Assembly: GCA_965217895.1 (NCBI GenBank)
Contig: CBDCJV010000002.1
Location: forward strand, 672,001 to 736,000
DNA from: Waterburya sp.
GTDB lineage: Bacteria > Cyanobacteriota > Cyanobacteriia > Cyanobacteriales > Xenococcaceae
Direction: 5' to 3'
DNA: 64,000 nt
The position numbers and the translations under genes were made by a program. Of this stretch, positions 40,450 through 50,017 are shown piece by piece. How positions within the stretch are numbered: position 1 is the stretch's first letter; each line of letters starts with the position of its first letter. The notes under the pieces are model-generated. The model was not told the origin of the DNA and did not search any database. It was given only the letters and a program-made list of their open reading frames with translations.

Positions 40450-42297
40450 ATGAACAAATTGTTGGTTGGGCTAGCTGGTGGGATTGTCTTATTACTCTCA
40501 AGACCAATTGTCGTCCAGGCTCAACCTTCTCAAACCCTACTAGACAAAGAATTAGAACAAACACAAATCATCTTTACGCCTTTAGCCGAGCAGTTATTTG
40601 CTCAACCAACGGCTAAACATTTAGGTCAAGGAGATGTTTTAATCAATCTCGATACCCGCAGCTTTTTCTTTCCTGATTTGGTTAGAGATGCCGTTGATAA
40701 TAATGATACTGCGGTCAACTTTAATACTGGCTTTAGCTGGGGTATTAGCGATAATTTACAGTTAAGTCTTCAGTTTCAGCACGTAGACAGTAGTTCGCCG
40801 ATTAAGCAGGGAAATTTTACCTCAGAACGCACTGAAGATAATGAAGCTGCCTTAGAACTCAAGCAAAGGATATGGAGTAATCAAGCCCAAACACAAGCTC
40901 TAAGCGGTGTATTTGCTGCTTCTTGGGGAACTCGCGGCTTTAAGTTTTCTCAAGGACAAGAATCGACGGAATTTAATAATCGGGATATATTTGTCTCTTT
41001 GGCTGTGCCTTTTACTGCTGATGTTGGCGATTGCGAAGCTAGCTGTAAGCATCGCTGGCAGTTTAATCTTGCGCCCACGGTGGCATTCTTTAAAGATGAG
41101 AGTGCAGAGTTTTTTCGTCGTCTGCCTAATGATAACGATAGTTCTTTTGGTACGGTTTTAGGTTTGGGTGGAGCAGTTTCTTATCAGGTAAACCCAAGAT
41201 TATTTATTTTTGGCGATGTATTTTTGCCTCTGACTGGCAATAACAGCATCAACCGAGATTCAGGCAAAGCAGCTAAAGCGATCGCCTACAATGCGGGATT
41301 ACGCTATTTAACTAATCCCCGTTTGGCTTTAGATCTATATGCTACTAATACTGCTGCTAGTTTTGCCCCTCTTTCACTAACTGCTGACAAAGACTTTGTG
41401 GGTTTGGGAGCTAATTTGGTCTTTATGCCTGATGTATTCTCAGCAAATCGTCAATATAGTGATACTTTCTCAGCAACTTTAACTGATACAGAATCTTTAA
41501 CTACAGACGGTTTAGCTTTTTTTGATGGTGGCACTATACCTAGTGGCAAACTAGCTTTGCAACTTCAAGGAGGCAGTCAAGGAATTTTAACTGCTATCCG
41601 CTACGGCTTACTCAAAGACTTTGAAGGGGGCATTTTTCTTGACTACGTTGCAGGATCGATAGACGAATCAGAACAGGGGATCGGCGGTAAGGTACGTTTT
41701 TTAAATCAAGCTGAAAACGCGCCTTTTACCCTAAGTGCTGCTGCTACCGCTAGTTTGACCAATGAACCTTTTCTCAATTTCTTTGAGAATGATACAACTG
41801 CTTTTGAACGTTCTAGGCTAGATAAAACCGTACCAATTTTTACTCCAGGAGGAGACGATGCTTCTAGAGGAAAGCGACTCATTCTGACTTTTGCTTTACC
41901 TATTCACTACAAAATAAATGATGGCGCAGCAGTTTGGATAACGCCCATACTTAGTTATGTCCAACGTCAGAGTATAGAAACTGGCGGATTTAATTTCGGT
42001 GGCGCGATCGCCGTTTATCAAGAAGTTAGTCTGACTGGAGAAGTTGGCGTCAATTTGGTTGGCGAAGGAAATAGCCTAGTTGACGGACAGCGAGAGGACA
42101 AGATTCCTTGGACGCTAGGGGTGCGCTGGACACCATTATCCTTGTTAGGTAAAAAGGCTAGTACTGATAACAGCAATCCTCATTTAGAACTGTATTTGAC
42201 TAATCGAGTTGGTTCTTCTACTTGGCAGCAATTAAGAGTCAGAGAAAACAACAATGTAGGTGTTGGAATTGGTTTGTTTATACCTTTTCCTTTGTAA
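40450..42297 (+). CDS. Secreted putative outer-membrane beta-barrel protein with two related halves
   Basis: Signal peptide, alternating aromatic strands, repeated L(D/E)LY.TN motif. Confidence 0.7.
   Translation: MNKLLVGLAGGIVLLLSRPIVVQAQPSQTLLDKELEQTQIIFTPLAEQLFAQPTAKHLGQGDVLINLDTRSFFFPDLVRDAVDNNDTAVNFNTGFSWGISDNLQLSLQFQHVDSSSPIKQGNFTSERTEDNEAALELKQRIWSNQAQTQALSGVFAASWGTRGFKFSQGQESTEFNNRDIFVSLAVPFTADVGDCEASCKHRWQFNLAPTVAFFKDESAEFFRRLPNDNDSSFGTVLGLGGAVSYQVNPRLFIFGDVFLPLTGNNSINRDSGKAAKAIAYNAGLRYLTNPRLALDLYATNTAASFAPLSLTADKDFVGLGANLVFMPDVFSANRQYSDTFSATLTDTESLTTDGLAFFDGGTIPSGKLALQLQGGSQGILTAIRYGLLKDFEGGIFLDYVAGSIDESEQGIGGKVRFLNQAENAPFTLSAAATASLTNEPFLNFFENDTTAFERSRLDKTVPIFTPGGDDASRGKRLILTFALPIHYKINDGAAVWITPILSYVQRQSIETGGFNFGGAIAVYQEVSLTGEVGVNLVGEGNSLVDGQREDKIPWTLGVRWTPLSLLGKKASTDNSNPHLELYLTNRVGSSTWQQLRVRENNNVGVGIGLFIPFPL
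41032..41052. mobile_element. 21-nt in-frame insertion into a HIP1 site (SDR5-like)
   Basis: GCGAT[TGCGAAGCTAGCTGTAAGCAT]CGC adds CEASCKH. Confidence 0.75.
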
Positions 42298-42548
42298 TTT
42301 TAACTTAAGAAGAAATTACATTTTGTGGCCATGATGAAGGCTAGATTGTTTCAACCAAAAGATCTTGACCGATAAAACTTTTGTCACCGTAGATATTACA
42401 ATAAGTACTTATATTAAGGCGTTTTGTCCCACATCCCAAGTTCAAACGCAAATCCGCCATAAATTTTATCGTTGCTATACCAACAGTAGCGATCGCATTT
42501 CAACAGATCGAGATATCTATAATTCAAGTCAAAATCAAACCAAATTCT

Positions 42549-42770
42549 TCAACGATCCATTTGCTCTTGTAAATAAGTCTGCAACAAACTGTCCAGCTTA
42601 TCTTCAGGACAACATTCAATCAGGGCTTCAAACGCTTCGTATAGTTTGGCTGCGCTATCTCCTAGCATGGGGGTAAGACCCCAAATATCTTCTACCCATT
42701 GTTTAGCTGGCTGATCGTCAAAGATCATTCGCTCTAGTATTTGCTTTGCTTCGGTTTTAGAAAGAGACAT
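42549..42770 (-). CDS. Conserved hypothetical protein (73 aa)
   Basis: WVEDIWGLTPMLGDSAAKL; protein-like composition. Confidence 0.75.
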   Translation of the reverse strand: MSLSKTEAKQILERMIFDDQPAKQWVEDIWGLTPMLGDSAAKLYEAFEALIECCPEDKLDSLLQTYLQEQMDR

Positions 42771-42859
42771 AATTAGTTTTTATTAAAATATCAATCTTTT
42801 ATTATTAAGCATCTTCGGTTGATAAGCTTAAAATACAGTATATTTTACCAACTTTATAA

Positions 42860-43606
42860 ATGCTTGATACTCTTAGCTGGTCTAATTCTTGGGCGATCGC
42901 CATCGCTGTAAATACAGTTTTATTAGGAATTGCCTGGTTTTTGCCGAAAAAGCTGCTGACTCCTTTTGGTTATCTCAACGCTCTTATCTTAGGAATATTA
43001 GTCTGGGGAACTTTGGGCTGGCGTGGCTATGTGATAGTTGTCTTCTATTTTTTAGTCGGTTCGGGCTTTACCTTCGTTGGAATGGAGCAAAAAGAAGCTG
43101 AAGGCATAGCCGAAGAACGTTCGGGAACCAGAGGTGCGGGAAATGTCTGGAGTTCGGCATTAACTGCAACTATCTGTGCGATCGCAACTCTGTTTTTCCC
43201 ATCCCCAATCAAAGAGCTATTTGTTCTCGGTTATGTAGCTAGTTTTTGCACCAAGCTTTCTGATACTACTGCAAGTGAAGTGGGCAAAGCCTACGGCAAA
43301 ACAACTTATTTAATTACTACCTTGAAGTCAGTACCTAGGGGGACAGAGGGAGCGGTAAGTTTAGAAGGAACACTGGCAGGTGCGATCGCTTCGGTAACTT
43401 TAGCCGTCATTGCTTGGGCTACTGGCATGATTAGCTCAATAGGAATTATCTGGTGCGTAATTGCAGCCTTTATTGCCACCACTGTCGAAAGCCTAATTGG
43501 TGCAACCTTAGAATCTCGCTTCACCTGGTTAACTAACGATATCGTTAATTTTATCAATACTGCGATCGGTGCGATTACTGCCATATTATTAGCCTATATT
43601 TTTTAG
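42860..43606 (+). CDS. DUF92/TIGR00297 membrane protein
   Basis: TKLSDTTASEVGKAYG, GTEGAVSLEGT, ESLIGA. Confidence 0.92.
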   Translation: MLDTLSWSNSWAIAIAVNTVLLGIAWFLPKKLLTPFGYLNALILGILVWGTLGWRGYVIVVFYFLVGSGFTFVGMEQKEAEGIAEERSGTRGAGNVWSSALTATICAIATLFFPSPIKELFVLGYVASFCTKLSDTTASEVGKAYGKTTYLITTLKSVPRGTEGAVSLEGTLAGAIASVTLAVIAWATGMISSIGIIWCVIAAFIATTVESLIGATLESRFTWLTNDIVNFINTAIGAITAILLAYIF

Positions 43607-43635
43607 GTAGTTTTAATATCGCAGTACGCTAATTA

Positions 43636-43769
43636 ACCTGAGTTCGGGTTAAGACAATTGATCGGTTAAGGTAGCTATCAGCTTTTAGCTATTAGCCTTT
43701 AGCCTTTAGCTTTTTTAATCCCGTAAAAAATTACAATCTCAAGAAATCATACCTTGATTCACCAACGCC
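43636..43769. repeat. Dispersed repeat/MITE-like element with (TTTAGCC/T) heptamers
   Basis: ACCTGAGTTCGGG...heptamers...TCATACCTTGATTCACCAACGCC. Confidence 0.5.
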
Positions 43770-43784
43770 AATAAAGTTTGTGAT

Positions 43785-44696
43785 TTAATAATCTTTGATG
43801 GGTGAGCAAATGTAGTTTTTAAGAACATCTAAAAAGGCAAAAACTGCTGGCGTGTGTAGAGCATCTTTTAACACTGCTGCTTTAATACTTCTCTCTAAAG
43901 GAACTGGCAAAGAATAAACTTTTAGCTCGCTGGGAACAGGTTCAGCAGCAAGCTGGGGCAAAATCGCGGCACCCAAACCTTGGATCGCCATACTGGTCAT
44001 AGCTGAGTCCTGTTTCATTTCATAGGCAATATCTACTGGTTTTAGCGATCGCTGTAAATATTGACGAATTTCTAGAGAACAGCTATTGTTAGCTGAAATG
44101 ATCAAAGGATAGGTTGCTAATTGTTCCCAAGTTAATTGGGTTTGGTTTAATTTTAGGCTGCGGGGCAACAGCACCACATATTCATCTCGATAAATTTCCC
44201 AGGCTTCAAACTCCTTAGAACAAGATCCATCGACTATCCCAATATCTCCTTGACCTGAACGCAAAATATTTTCAATTTCAAAATGCTCATCAACATCAAT
44301 AATGCTTACCTTGATCAAAGGAAACTGACGGCGAAACTGAGCAATTAATGCTGGTAATATATGAGTCGCTGCACTGCGAAAGGCTACCAGTCTCACATTT
44401 CCTCCCTTCAAACCTTTGGCTCGATTGGCTTCAGTTGCCATCTTCTGTAACAACTCTAGGATCTGTTTGGCTGGTGAGATTAACTGTTCTCCTACAGGGG
44501 TAAGATCTGCCCCATTACGACCTCGATGAAATAAAATTACCCCCAATTCTGTTTCCAAAGCAGCGATCGCATGACTGACTGCTGACTGAGAAATCTCTAA
44601 CTGTAAAGCAGCCTCGCTAAAATTGCTGTAGTCTGCTACTGCAACCAGTATTCGTAACTGTGAGATTTTTATTTTGTATGGATCGATCCCACTCAT
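43785..44696 (-). CDS. LysR family transcriptional regulator
   Basis: NFSEAA...SQSAVSHAIAALETELGVILFHR; ATG at 44696 is the likely start. Confidence 0.95.
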   Translation of the reverse strand: MSGIDPYKIKISQLRILVAVADYSNFSEAALQLEISQSAVSHAIAALETELGVILFHRGRNGADLTPVGEQLISPAKQILELLQKMATEANRAKGLKGGNVRLVAFRSAATHILPALIAQFRRQFPLIKVSIIDVDEHFEIENILRSGQGDIGIVDGSCSKEFEAWEIYRDEYVVLLPRSLKLNQTQLTWEQLATYPLIISANNSCSLEIRQYLQRSLKPVDIAYEMKQDSAMTSMAIQGLGAAILPQLAAEPVPSELKVYSLPVPLERSIKAAVLKDALHTPAVFAFLDVLKNYICSPIKDY

Positions 44697-44878
44697 AAGC
44701 TTAATTATAATCTCTACAGAATACATGATTGCGCTCTTGCTACAAACTATTGTATAAGCTATCTCCAGACCAGCTATTTAACTATTAGTTTTATTCATGT
44801 TTACTATGCACGCTTTGTTTTGTTTCCTTTAAATTCAATAGCTACAGTTGATATATAGAAAAAAAACGGAGGCAAAAA

Positions 44879-45121
44879 ATGAAAGTTCTCTTACAGCCAG
44901 AAGCTAAAATCTTGAACATAATTGCTTCAATTGGCAGTCTCTTCAAAAACATCGGACGCAGCTTAGTAACTCAAAAAAATGAGCCTCAAATTGAGCAAAA
45001 ACGCGATCGCTACGGCAACTTATATTGGCAGGTACAAGATTTTGCCACCAACAAAACTTATGAATTTGATTCAGATCGAGATGTAAGAGTCTGGATTGAA
45101 AATCGTTATCACAGCGTTTAA
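44879..45121 (+). CDS. Conserved cyanobacterial hypothetical protein divergent from LysR
   Basis: GGAGG RBS; EPQI.QKRDRYGN.YW...VRVWIE.RY. Confidence 0.8.
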   Translation: MKVLLQPEAKILNIIASIGSLFKNIGRSLVTQKNEPQIEQKRDRYGNLYWQVQDFATNKTYEFDSDRDVRVWIENRYHSV

Positions 45122-45196
45122 AACCTTGTTGCAATTAGCTTGAAACAATTACAGGCAGTCCCCAAAAATTCAAAAATTATCACTTAGGAGAAAAAA

Positions 45197-45358
45197 ATGA
45201 TTTATTCCCAATCAAATACCAAACTATCGAATACCGCTGAGAATAAAGTTGTCTATCATGACAATAAAGTTTCCTGGTTTCAGAAATTTTGGCAGTTTAG
45301 TCTCTTTTATGGAGATTATCTAGCAAGCTTACACTCTAATAAAAAAAGAGTTGGTTAA
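45197..45358 (+). CDS. Small protein (53 aa), not in the ORF track
   Basis: AGGAG RBS; MIYSQSNTKLSNTAENKVVYHDNKVSWFQKFWQFSLFYGDYLASLHSNKKRVG. Confidence 0.6.
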   Translation: MIYSQSNTKLSNTAENKVVYHDNKVSWFQKFWQFSLFYGDYLASLHSNKKRVG

Positions 45359-45428
45359 TTCTAGAATAATCAAATCAAAACGCCACTAATCCCCAAGAAA
45401 ACAGCTATAGTTTTTTTGGGGATTATTT

Positions 45429-46175
45429 CTATTTACCTCCCGCAACATCTATAAACGAACCTGTTGTATACGAAGCCTCACTTGACAATAACCATAAAAT
45501 TGCTCTTGCAACCTCAACTGCTTGTCCACCACGTTTCATGGGAATAGAGTTTTTTATGCGCTCTAGACGATTTGGTTCGCCACCGCCAGCGTGAATATCA
45601 GTATCGATAAAGCCTGGACGTACCCCATTTACCCGAATTCCTTCATTAGCCACCTCTTGTGCCAATCCTATTGTCATTGTATCCACTGCTCCTTTAGAAG
45701 CAGCATAGTCTACATATTCACCAGGTGAACCAAGTCGAGCAGCAGCAGATGAGAGATTTACGATAACTCCACCTGCTCCACCATGTTTGGTAGACATTCT
45801 TTTAATAGCTTCTCTAGCACACAAAAACAGTCCAGTAACGTTAACAGCAAAAATTCGGTTTAAGCGTGCAGCATCCATATTTTCAACTCGCATTTGCTGT
45901 TCTAAAATGCCTGCATTATTAACCAGTGCTGTTACCTTTCCTAACTGCTCATCCACCTGATTAAAGAGATTGATCGCATCAGCTTCTAGAGAAATATCAG
46001 CAGCTATGGCGATCGCTTTTCCGCCTAAGTTTTTGATATCATTGACAATTTTGGTTGCAGCTTCATGATTATGAATGTAGTTAACGCCAACAGCATAACC
46101 TCGTTGAGCAGCAAGATAGGCAGTAGCAGCACCAATACCACGACTACCTCCTGTAACAATTATAATTTTCTCCAT
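45429..46175 (-). CDS. SDR family oxidoreductase
   Basis: TGGSRGIG, NNAG, YAASK. Confidence 0.95.
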   Translation of the reverse strand: MEKIIIVTGGSRGIGAATAYLAAQRGYAVGVNYIHNHEAATKIVNDIKNLGGKAIAIAADISLEADAINLFNQVDEQLGKVTALVNNAGILEQQMRVENMDAARLNRIFAVNVTGLFLCAREAIKRMSTKHGGAGGVIVNLSSAAARLGSPGEYVDYAASKGAVDTMTIGLAQEVANEGIRVNGVRPGFIDTDIHAGGGEPNRLERIKNSIPMKRGGQAVEVARAILWLLSSEASYTTGSFIDVAGGK

Positions 46176-46244
46176 TAAATTCTCAAAGCAAAATCAAAAT
46201 TAAGCTAAATAGTAAACTGTCAGGCATTTATTTTATTAAAAAAG

Positions 46245-46590
46245 CTTTTAGCCTTTAGCTTTTAGCTTTTAGCTTTTAGCGCACAAAGCAAAGCTTTGAA
46301 GTCGTCTTACGACGATCTGCTCGTTCGCGCTGCGTTTAACGCGCCATAGCGCATTGCGAGACGCAAGCTGGAGCTTGCCGACTAAAGGCAAGGCGAGTTC
46401 GCAGAGCGAACTGTTGCGCGGGTTTCCAAGGGGCTGTGGGCGAAACCTGCGTCCGCCCTTTATAAGCCCCGTCGCGTTGAGTAAACTGTCGAGGGCGGGT
46501 TCAAGACCCCACCGTCTTCACGGTGTCTACGATCGCCCAATTGTTCAAGACTATGTTTGATCGAGCTAAGAGCTAAGAGCTAATAGCTGG
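46245..46590. repeat. Composite element: inverted heptamer arrays enclosing nested GC-rich hairpin repeats
   Basis: (TTTTAGC)n on the left, (GCTAAGA)n on the right, multiple internal hairpins. Confidence 0.7.
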
Positions 46591-46669
46591 GCGAAGCCCT
46601 TTATTAATTGACAATATGTCCAATTGTTTGTTTTAAACTTAATAGTAATTTATCGATCCACTATTTGAC

Positions 46670-47107
46670 GTGAGCCATCGCAATCCTGCACCAACTGTAG
46701 ATATTATTATTGAGCTAATAGATCGCCCTGGACGACCAATTGTTTTAATTGAAAGACAAAACGAACCTTTCGGCTGGGCAATTCCAGGCGGATTTGTTGA
46801 TTATGGTGAATCGATTGAAACCGCAGCCATTCGAGAAGCAGAGGAAGAAGTAAGCTTAAAAGTAAAGCTGATAGAGCAGTTTTATGTATATTCCGATCCT
46901 AACCGAGATTCTCGTCAACATACTCTGGCGATCGCCTTTATTGCAACAGCTAAAGGTGAACCTGTCGCTGCTGATGACGCGAAAAATTTAGGCGTGTTCC
47001 ACCAATGGGACTTGCCTCAAAACCTTTGCTTCGATCATGACCGTATTATGGAAGATTATTGGAATTATCGGCACTATGGCTTGAGACCGAAATTAAATAA
47101 GTCCTAA
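46670..47107 (+). CDS. NUDIX hydrolase
   Basis: PGGFVDYGESIETAAIREAEEE. Confidence 0.95.
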   Translation: MSHRNPAPTVDIIIELIDRPGRPIVLIERQNEPFGWAIPGGFVDYGESIETAAIREAEEEVSLKVKLIEQFYVYSDPNRDSRQHTLAIAFIATAKGEPVAADDAKNLGVFHQWDLPQNLCFDHDRIMEDYWNYRHYGLRPKLNKS

Positions 47108-47108
47108 A

Positions 47109-47552
47109 TTATGTAGCAATAACTTTGGTCTTCAAACCAGCGATCGCATTTTCATTCACCGTCCCCAAAATATAAACATCAATTTCTATTTCTCCTAATA
47201 GATAAACCTGAATGTTTTGCAAATTAGTATCTAATACATTTATTAAAGCCTGATAGCGTTTTACTTCGGCTTTTTCTGGCTCATTGTGCCATTCTTGTTC
47301 GGTAATTGCTGAATCAAAAAAAGTCAATAAATCCTGTACTTCGACTTTGGTATCAGCAGGAACATTTTCTTGCTTTAGTAAGGTATCTAGATTCCAACTT
47401 TCAAGATTGTGCCAATAAATAACTTGCCAAGGATACTCAGCTTCGCTAAACCAAAGTAAGCCTTCGCAAGCTGTAGTTAATTCTTGAACCAATTGCCTAT
47501 TTGCAACGGACTCTGATGAACTTTGACTTTGATTGATATTATTATTTTCCAT
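47109..47552 (-). CDS. nuiA: Nuclease A inhibitor (NuiA) family protein
   Basis: GLLWFSEAEYPW...GEIEIDVYILG...GLKTKVIAT. Confidence 0.85.
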   Translation of the reverse strand: MENNNINQSQSSSESVANRQLVQELTTACEGLLWFSEAEYPWQVIYWHNLESWNLDTLLKQENVPADTKVEVQDLLTFFDSAITEQEWHNEPEKAEVKRYQALINVLDTNLQNIQVYLLGEIEIDVYILGTVNENAIAGLKTKVIAT

Positions 47553-47655
47553 AATCTCAAAATTGAATTAAAACAAGCATTTTTTTGTCGCAATTATCAT
47601 TACTTTTGAATAGAATAAAAGCGATTAATTTGCATCTCTAGCTAAAGTTACCAAT

Positions 47656-48054
47656 ATGGCTAACCAAGAACAGATCAAACAAGCATCTGCTAAACTCTAT
47701 CTCAATTTAGACAATCCTCAGTCCGTAAAAAAACAGCTTCAGCGAATCAATCAAGCACAAAAAGAACTACACCAGCTTAAAGGCGAAGTAAATACTAAAA
47801 TACAAGAAGTCAATCAGCCCGCTAAGTCTTTTGGTATCGATGAAGCTGCATCGATTGGCTTACATATTTTTGGGCAACATCGTATTGCCAATCAGGTCAC
47901 TAAACAGGGTAATCAGGCTGAACGTAGGGAAAGAAATCAACAAAATAAAGCCAAACAGCCCTTAATTAGAATGCGCGAGCTAATTGATAAATATATCTTT
48001 GAAGGCGATCGCCTGAAATTGATGGCGGAGAATTATTTAAAAGAAAATAAATAA
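47656..48054 (+). CDS. Hypothetical coiled-coil protein
   Basis: 132-aa Q/K-rich ORF. Confidence 0.7.
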   Translation: MANQEQIKQASAKLYLNLDNPQSVKKQLQRINQAQKELHQLKGEVNTKIQEVNQPAKSFGIDEAASIGLHIFGQHRIANQVTKQGNQAERRERNQQNKAKQPLIRMRELIDKYIFEGDRLKLMAENYLKENK

Positions 48055-48099
48055 ACAATCATCATTTATCGGGCAGAGACTTAATATGTCATCAAGTTT

Positions 48100-49698
48100 T
48101 TATCTGCCCAACTTTTGTTTGATTTTACCTACCAGCAGATTTAGTTCAGGTAACTTTAACTGTATGGCGATCGCGCCAAAAATAATAATTGCCACCCCAC
48201 TAGCAGCAATCAATTCTATCAATAGCAAAAATAAATTGTCGTTACCCATTGTTCTTTCTAAACCTTGGCTAACTCCATAACTAGCAAATCCTGACACAGC
48301 AGTAGCGACAAATAAACCTAAAATACCTTTGACCCATGACCATAAAGGTAAACCATTTAAGCGACGATGTAAGATCCAAACAAAAATTACCATTGAAGTA
48401 ATATTTACTCCTACAGTTGCCATAATCAAACCTGGCGCACCAAAAGCTTCCACCAAAAAGTAATCTAAAACTGCATTGATAAAAATATTGATAATGCTAA
48501 TTTGAAAAGGCGTTTGTCCATCTCCTAAGGCATAAAATACTCTGATTAAAACATCTCTAGCCATATAAAAAAACATTCCCAAGCCATAAACAACTAGCAA
48601 GGAAGCGACAAATCGAGCATTATCTGAGTCAAATTGTCCTCGCTCAAACGCCAGCTTCACAATAGGCAGAGAGAGAGACATAAAAATCGCCGTGAAGGGC
48701 AACATACTTAGCGCACCGAGGAATACTCCCTGACGAATTCTCTCTTTTAATTCCTGCCAGTTTTCGGGGGCTGCTGCTCGAGAAAAGATAGGATAAAAAG
48801 GTACTAAGATGGCATTGGAAATAATGCCTAAAGGAGTAATAAAAATAAAAGTAGCACTCTGAAGTGCTGCTGCTGCCCCTGGTATACCCGATACAAAAAA
48901 CTGATCTACGTTGAGATTTACATATAGCATCCCCGATGAAAAAGTAGCGGGAATCATGACTTTGAAGACTTCCATTACTCCAGGGGTGTTTAAATGAAAG
49001 CGCAGCTTTAGCGTTCCCATCCCTGCTCGCCACTGAAAAATTAACTGTGCCAACCACTGTAAAATTGCTCCACCTAAAGTTGCCCCTGCCAAGACAGTTG
49101 CGCCAATCTGAAAGTATTGGGGTGTATTTAGCTGCTCACCAAATTTTAATAAAGCTACTGCAACTCCTGTGGCAATTACGGCACTGGAAAATAAGGGACT
49201 AATGCTAGGAAGTAAATAACTATCGACTGCATTGAGCGTACCAAAGCCAATGCCGATCAGCCCAGCAAGTAAAGCCATTGGTGCCATAATTCTTAGCTGG
49301 AGAATAGCTAGCCGTTTGGTTTCTATAGCTAATTCAGGTCCTAAAAGATCGATCAAGCTGCCCGCAAAGATAATAATTATAATTGTGACCGAGAGCAGCA
49401 AAATGCTAACTAGAGTAGAAACTGTCTCGACGATGGGTGCAGCTTCGGATCTATCTTTTTTGGCTAATACACTAAGCAATGCACTATGAAAAGGACCGTT
49501 GATTCCACCGATGAGAACGAAAAGAAAACCTGGGATAGTATAGGCATAAGCATAAGCATTTTTGACTGAGCCAAGACCAAAAGCTGTGTTAACTACTATC
49601 TCGCGGACAAAGCCAAACAGTTTACTAACCAAAGTTGCGATCGCAACAATTTTGGCAATATTACCAACGCTCGGTGATGATTTTTTATTTGCAGTCAC
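48100..49698 (-). CDS. murJ: Lipid II flippase MurJ (MviN)
   Basis: SKLFGFVRE, GGINGPFHSA, FERGQF, FYALGD. Confidence 0.95.
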   Translation of the reverse strand: MTANKKSSPSVGNIAKIVAIATLVSKLFGFVREIVVNTAFGLGSVKNAYAYAYTIPGFLFVLIGGINGPFHSALLSVLAKKDRSEAAPIVETVSTLVSILLLSVTIIIIIFAGSLIDLLGPELAIETKRLAILQLRIMAPMALLAGLIGIGFGTLNAVDSYLLPSISPLFSSAVIATGVAVALLKFGEQLNTPQYFQIGATVLAGATLGGAILQWLAQLIFQWRAGMGTLKLRFHLNTPGVMEVFKVMIPATFSSGMLYVNLNVDQFFVSGIPGAAAALQSATFIFITPLGIISNAILVPFYPIFSRAAAPENWQELKERIRQGVFLGALSMLPFTAIFMSLSLPIVKLAFERGQFDSDNARFVASLLVVYGLGMFFYMARDVLIRVFYALGDGQTPFQISIINIFINAVLDYFLVEAFGAPGLIMATVGVNITSMVIFVWILHRRLNGLPLWSWVKGILGLFVATAVSGFASYGVSQGLERTMGNDNLFLLLIELIAASGVAIIIFGAIAIQLKLPELNLLVGKIKQKLGR

Positions 49699-50017
49699 TG
49701 GATACAGATATTAGAAATAGAGTTCTCTCTAATCTTTTTTGCTGTGAATTTCATTGACTAATTCAGAGAAAAGAGACCGAGTCACTTTGAATAATATCCT
49801 AGTTAAACTATCTTTACCTTTGACGCTGGTTCTCAATTCTTGATAGCGATCGCCTTTTTGTAGTCTTTTCCGACTACGTTTATACTCAATCAAAAGTTTT
49901 TGATTGACAAGAAATTTATCAATTGGATAAATATGGTAAATCAGCAAAGCTCTAAGGTTTACGCCAAACTTAAACCTATTAAACAGGCGATAATTAAGCG
50001 AGCGTAGTTATCAAACA

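Noticed and set aside
42365..42676. 103-aa plus-strand ORF
   Set aside because: TTG start; overlaps the better-supported minus-strand gene at 42549-42770.
46354..46560. 68-aa ORF
   Set aside because: Lies entirely within nested GC-rich repeats; TTG start and no protein-like features.
49729..49947. 72-aa minus-strand ORF upstream of murJ
   Set aside because: TTG start, no RBS or motif; occupies the murJ/eda divergent promoter region. Not fully excluded.
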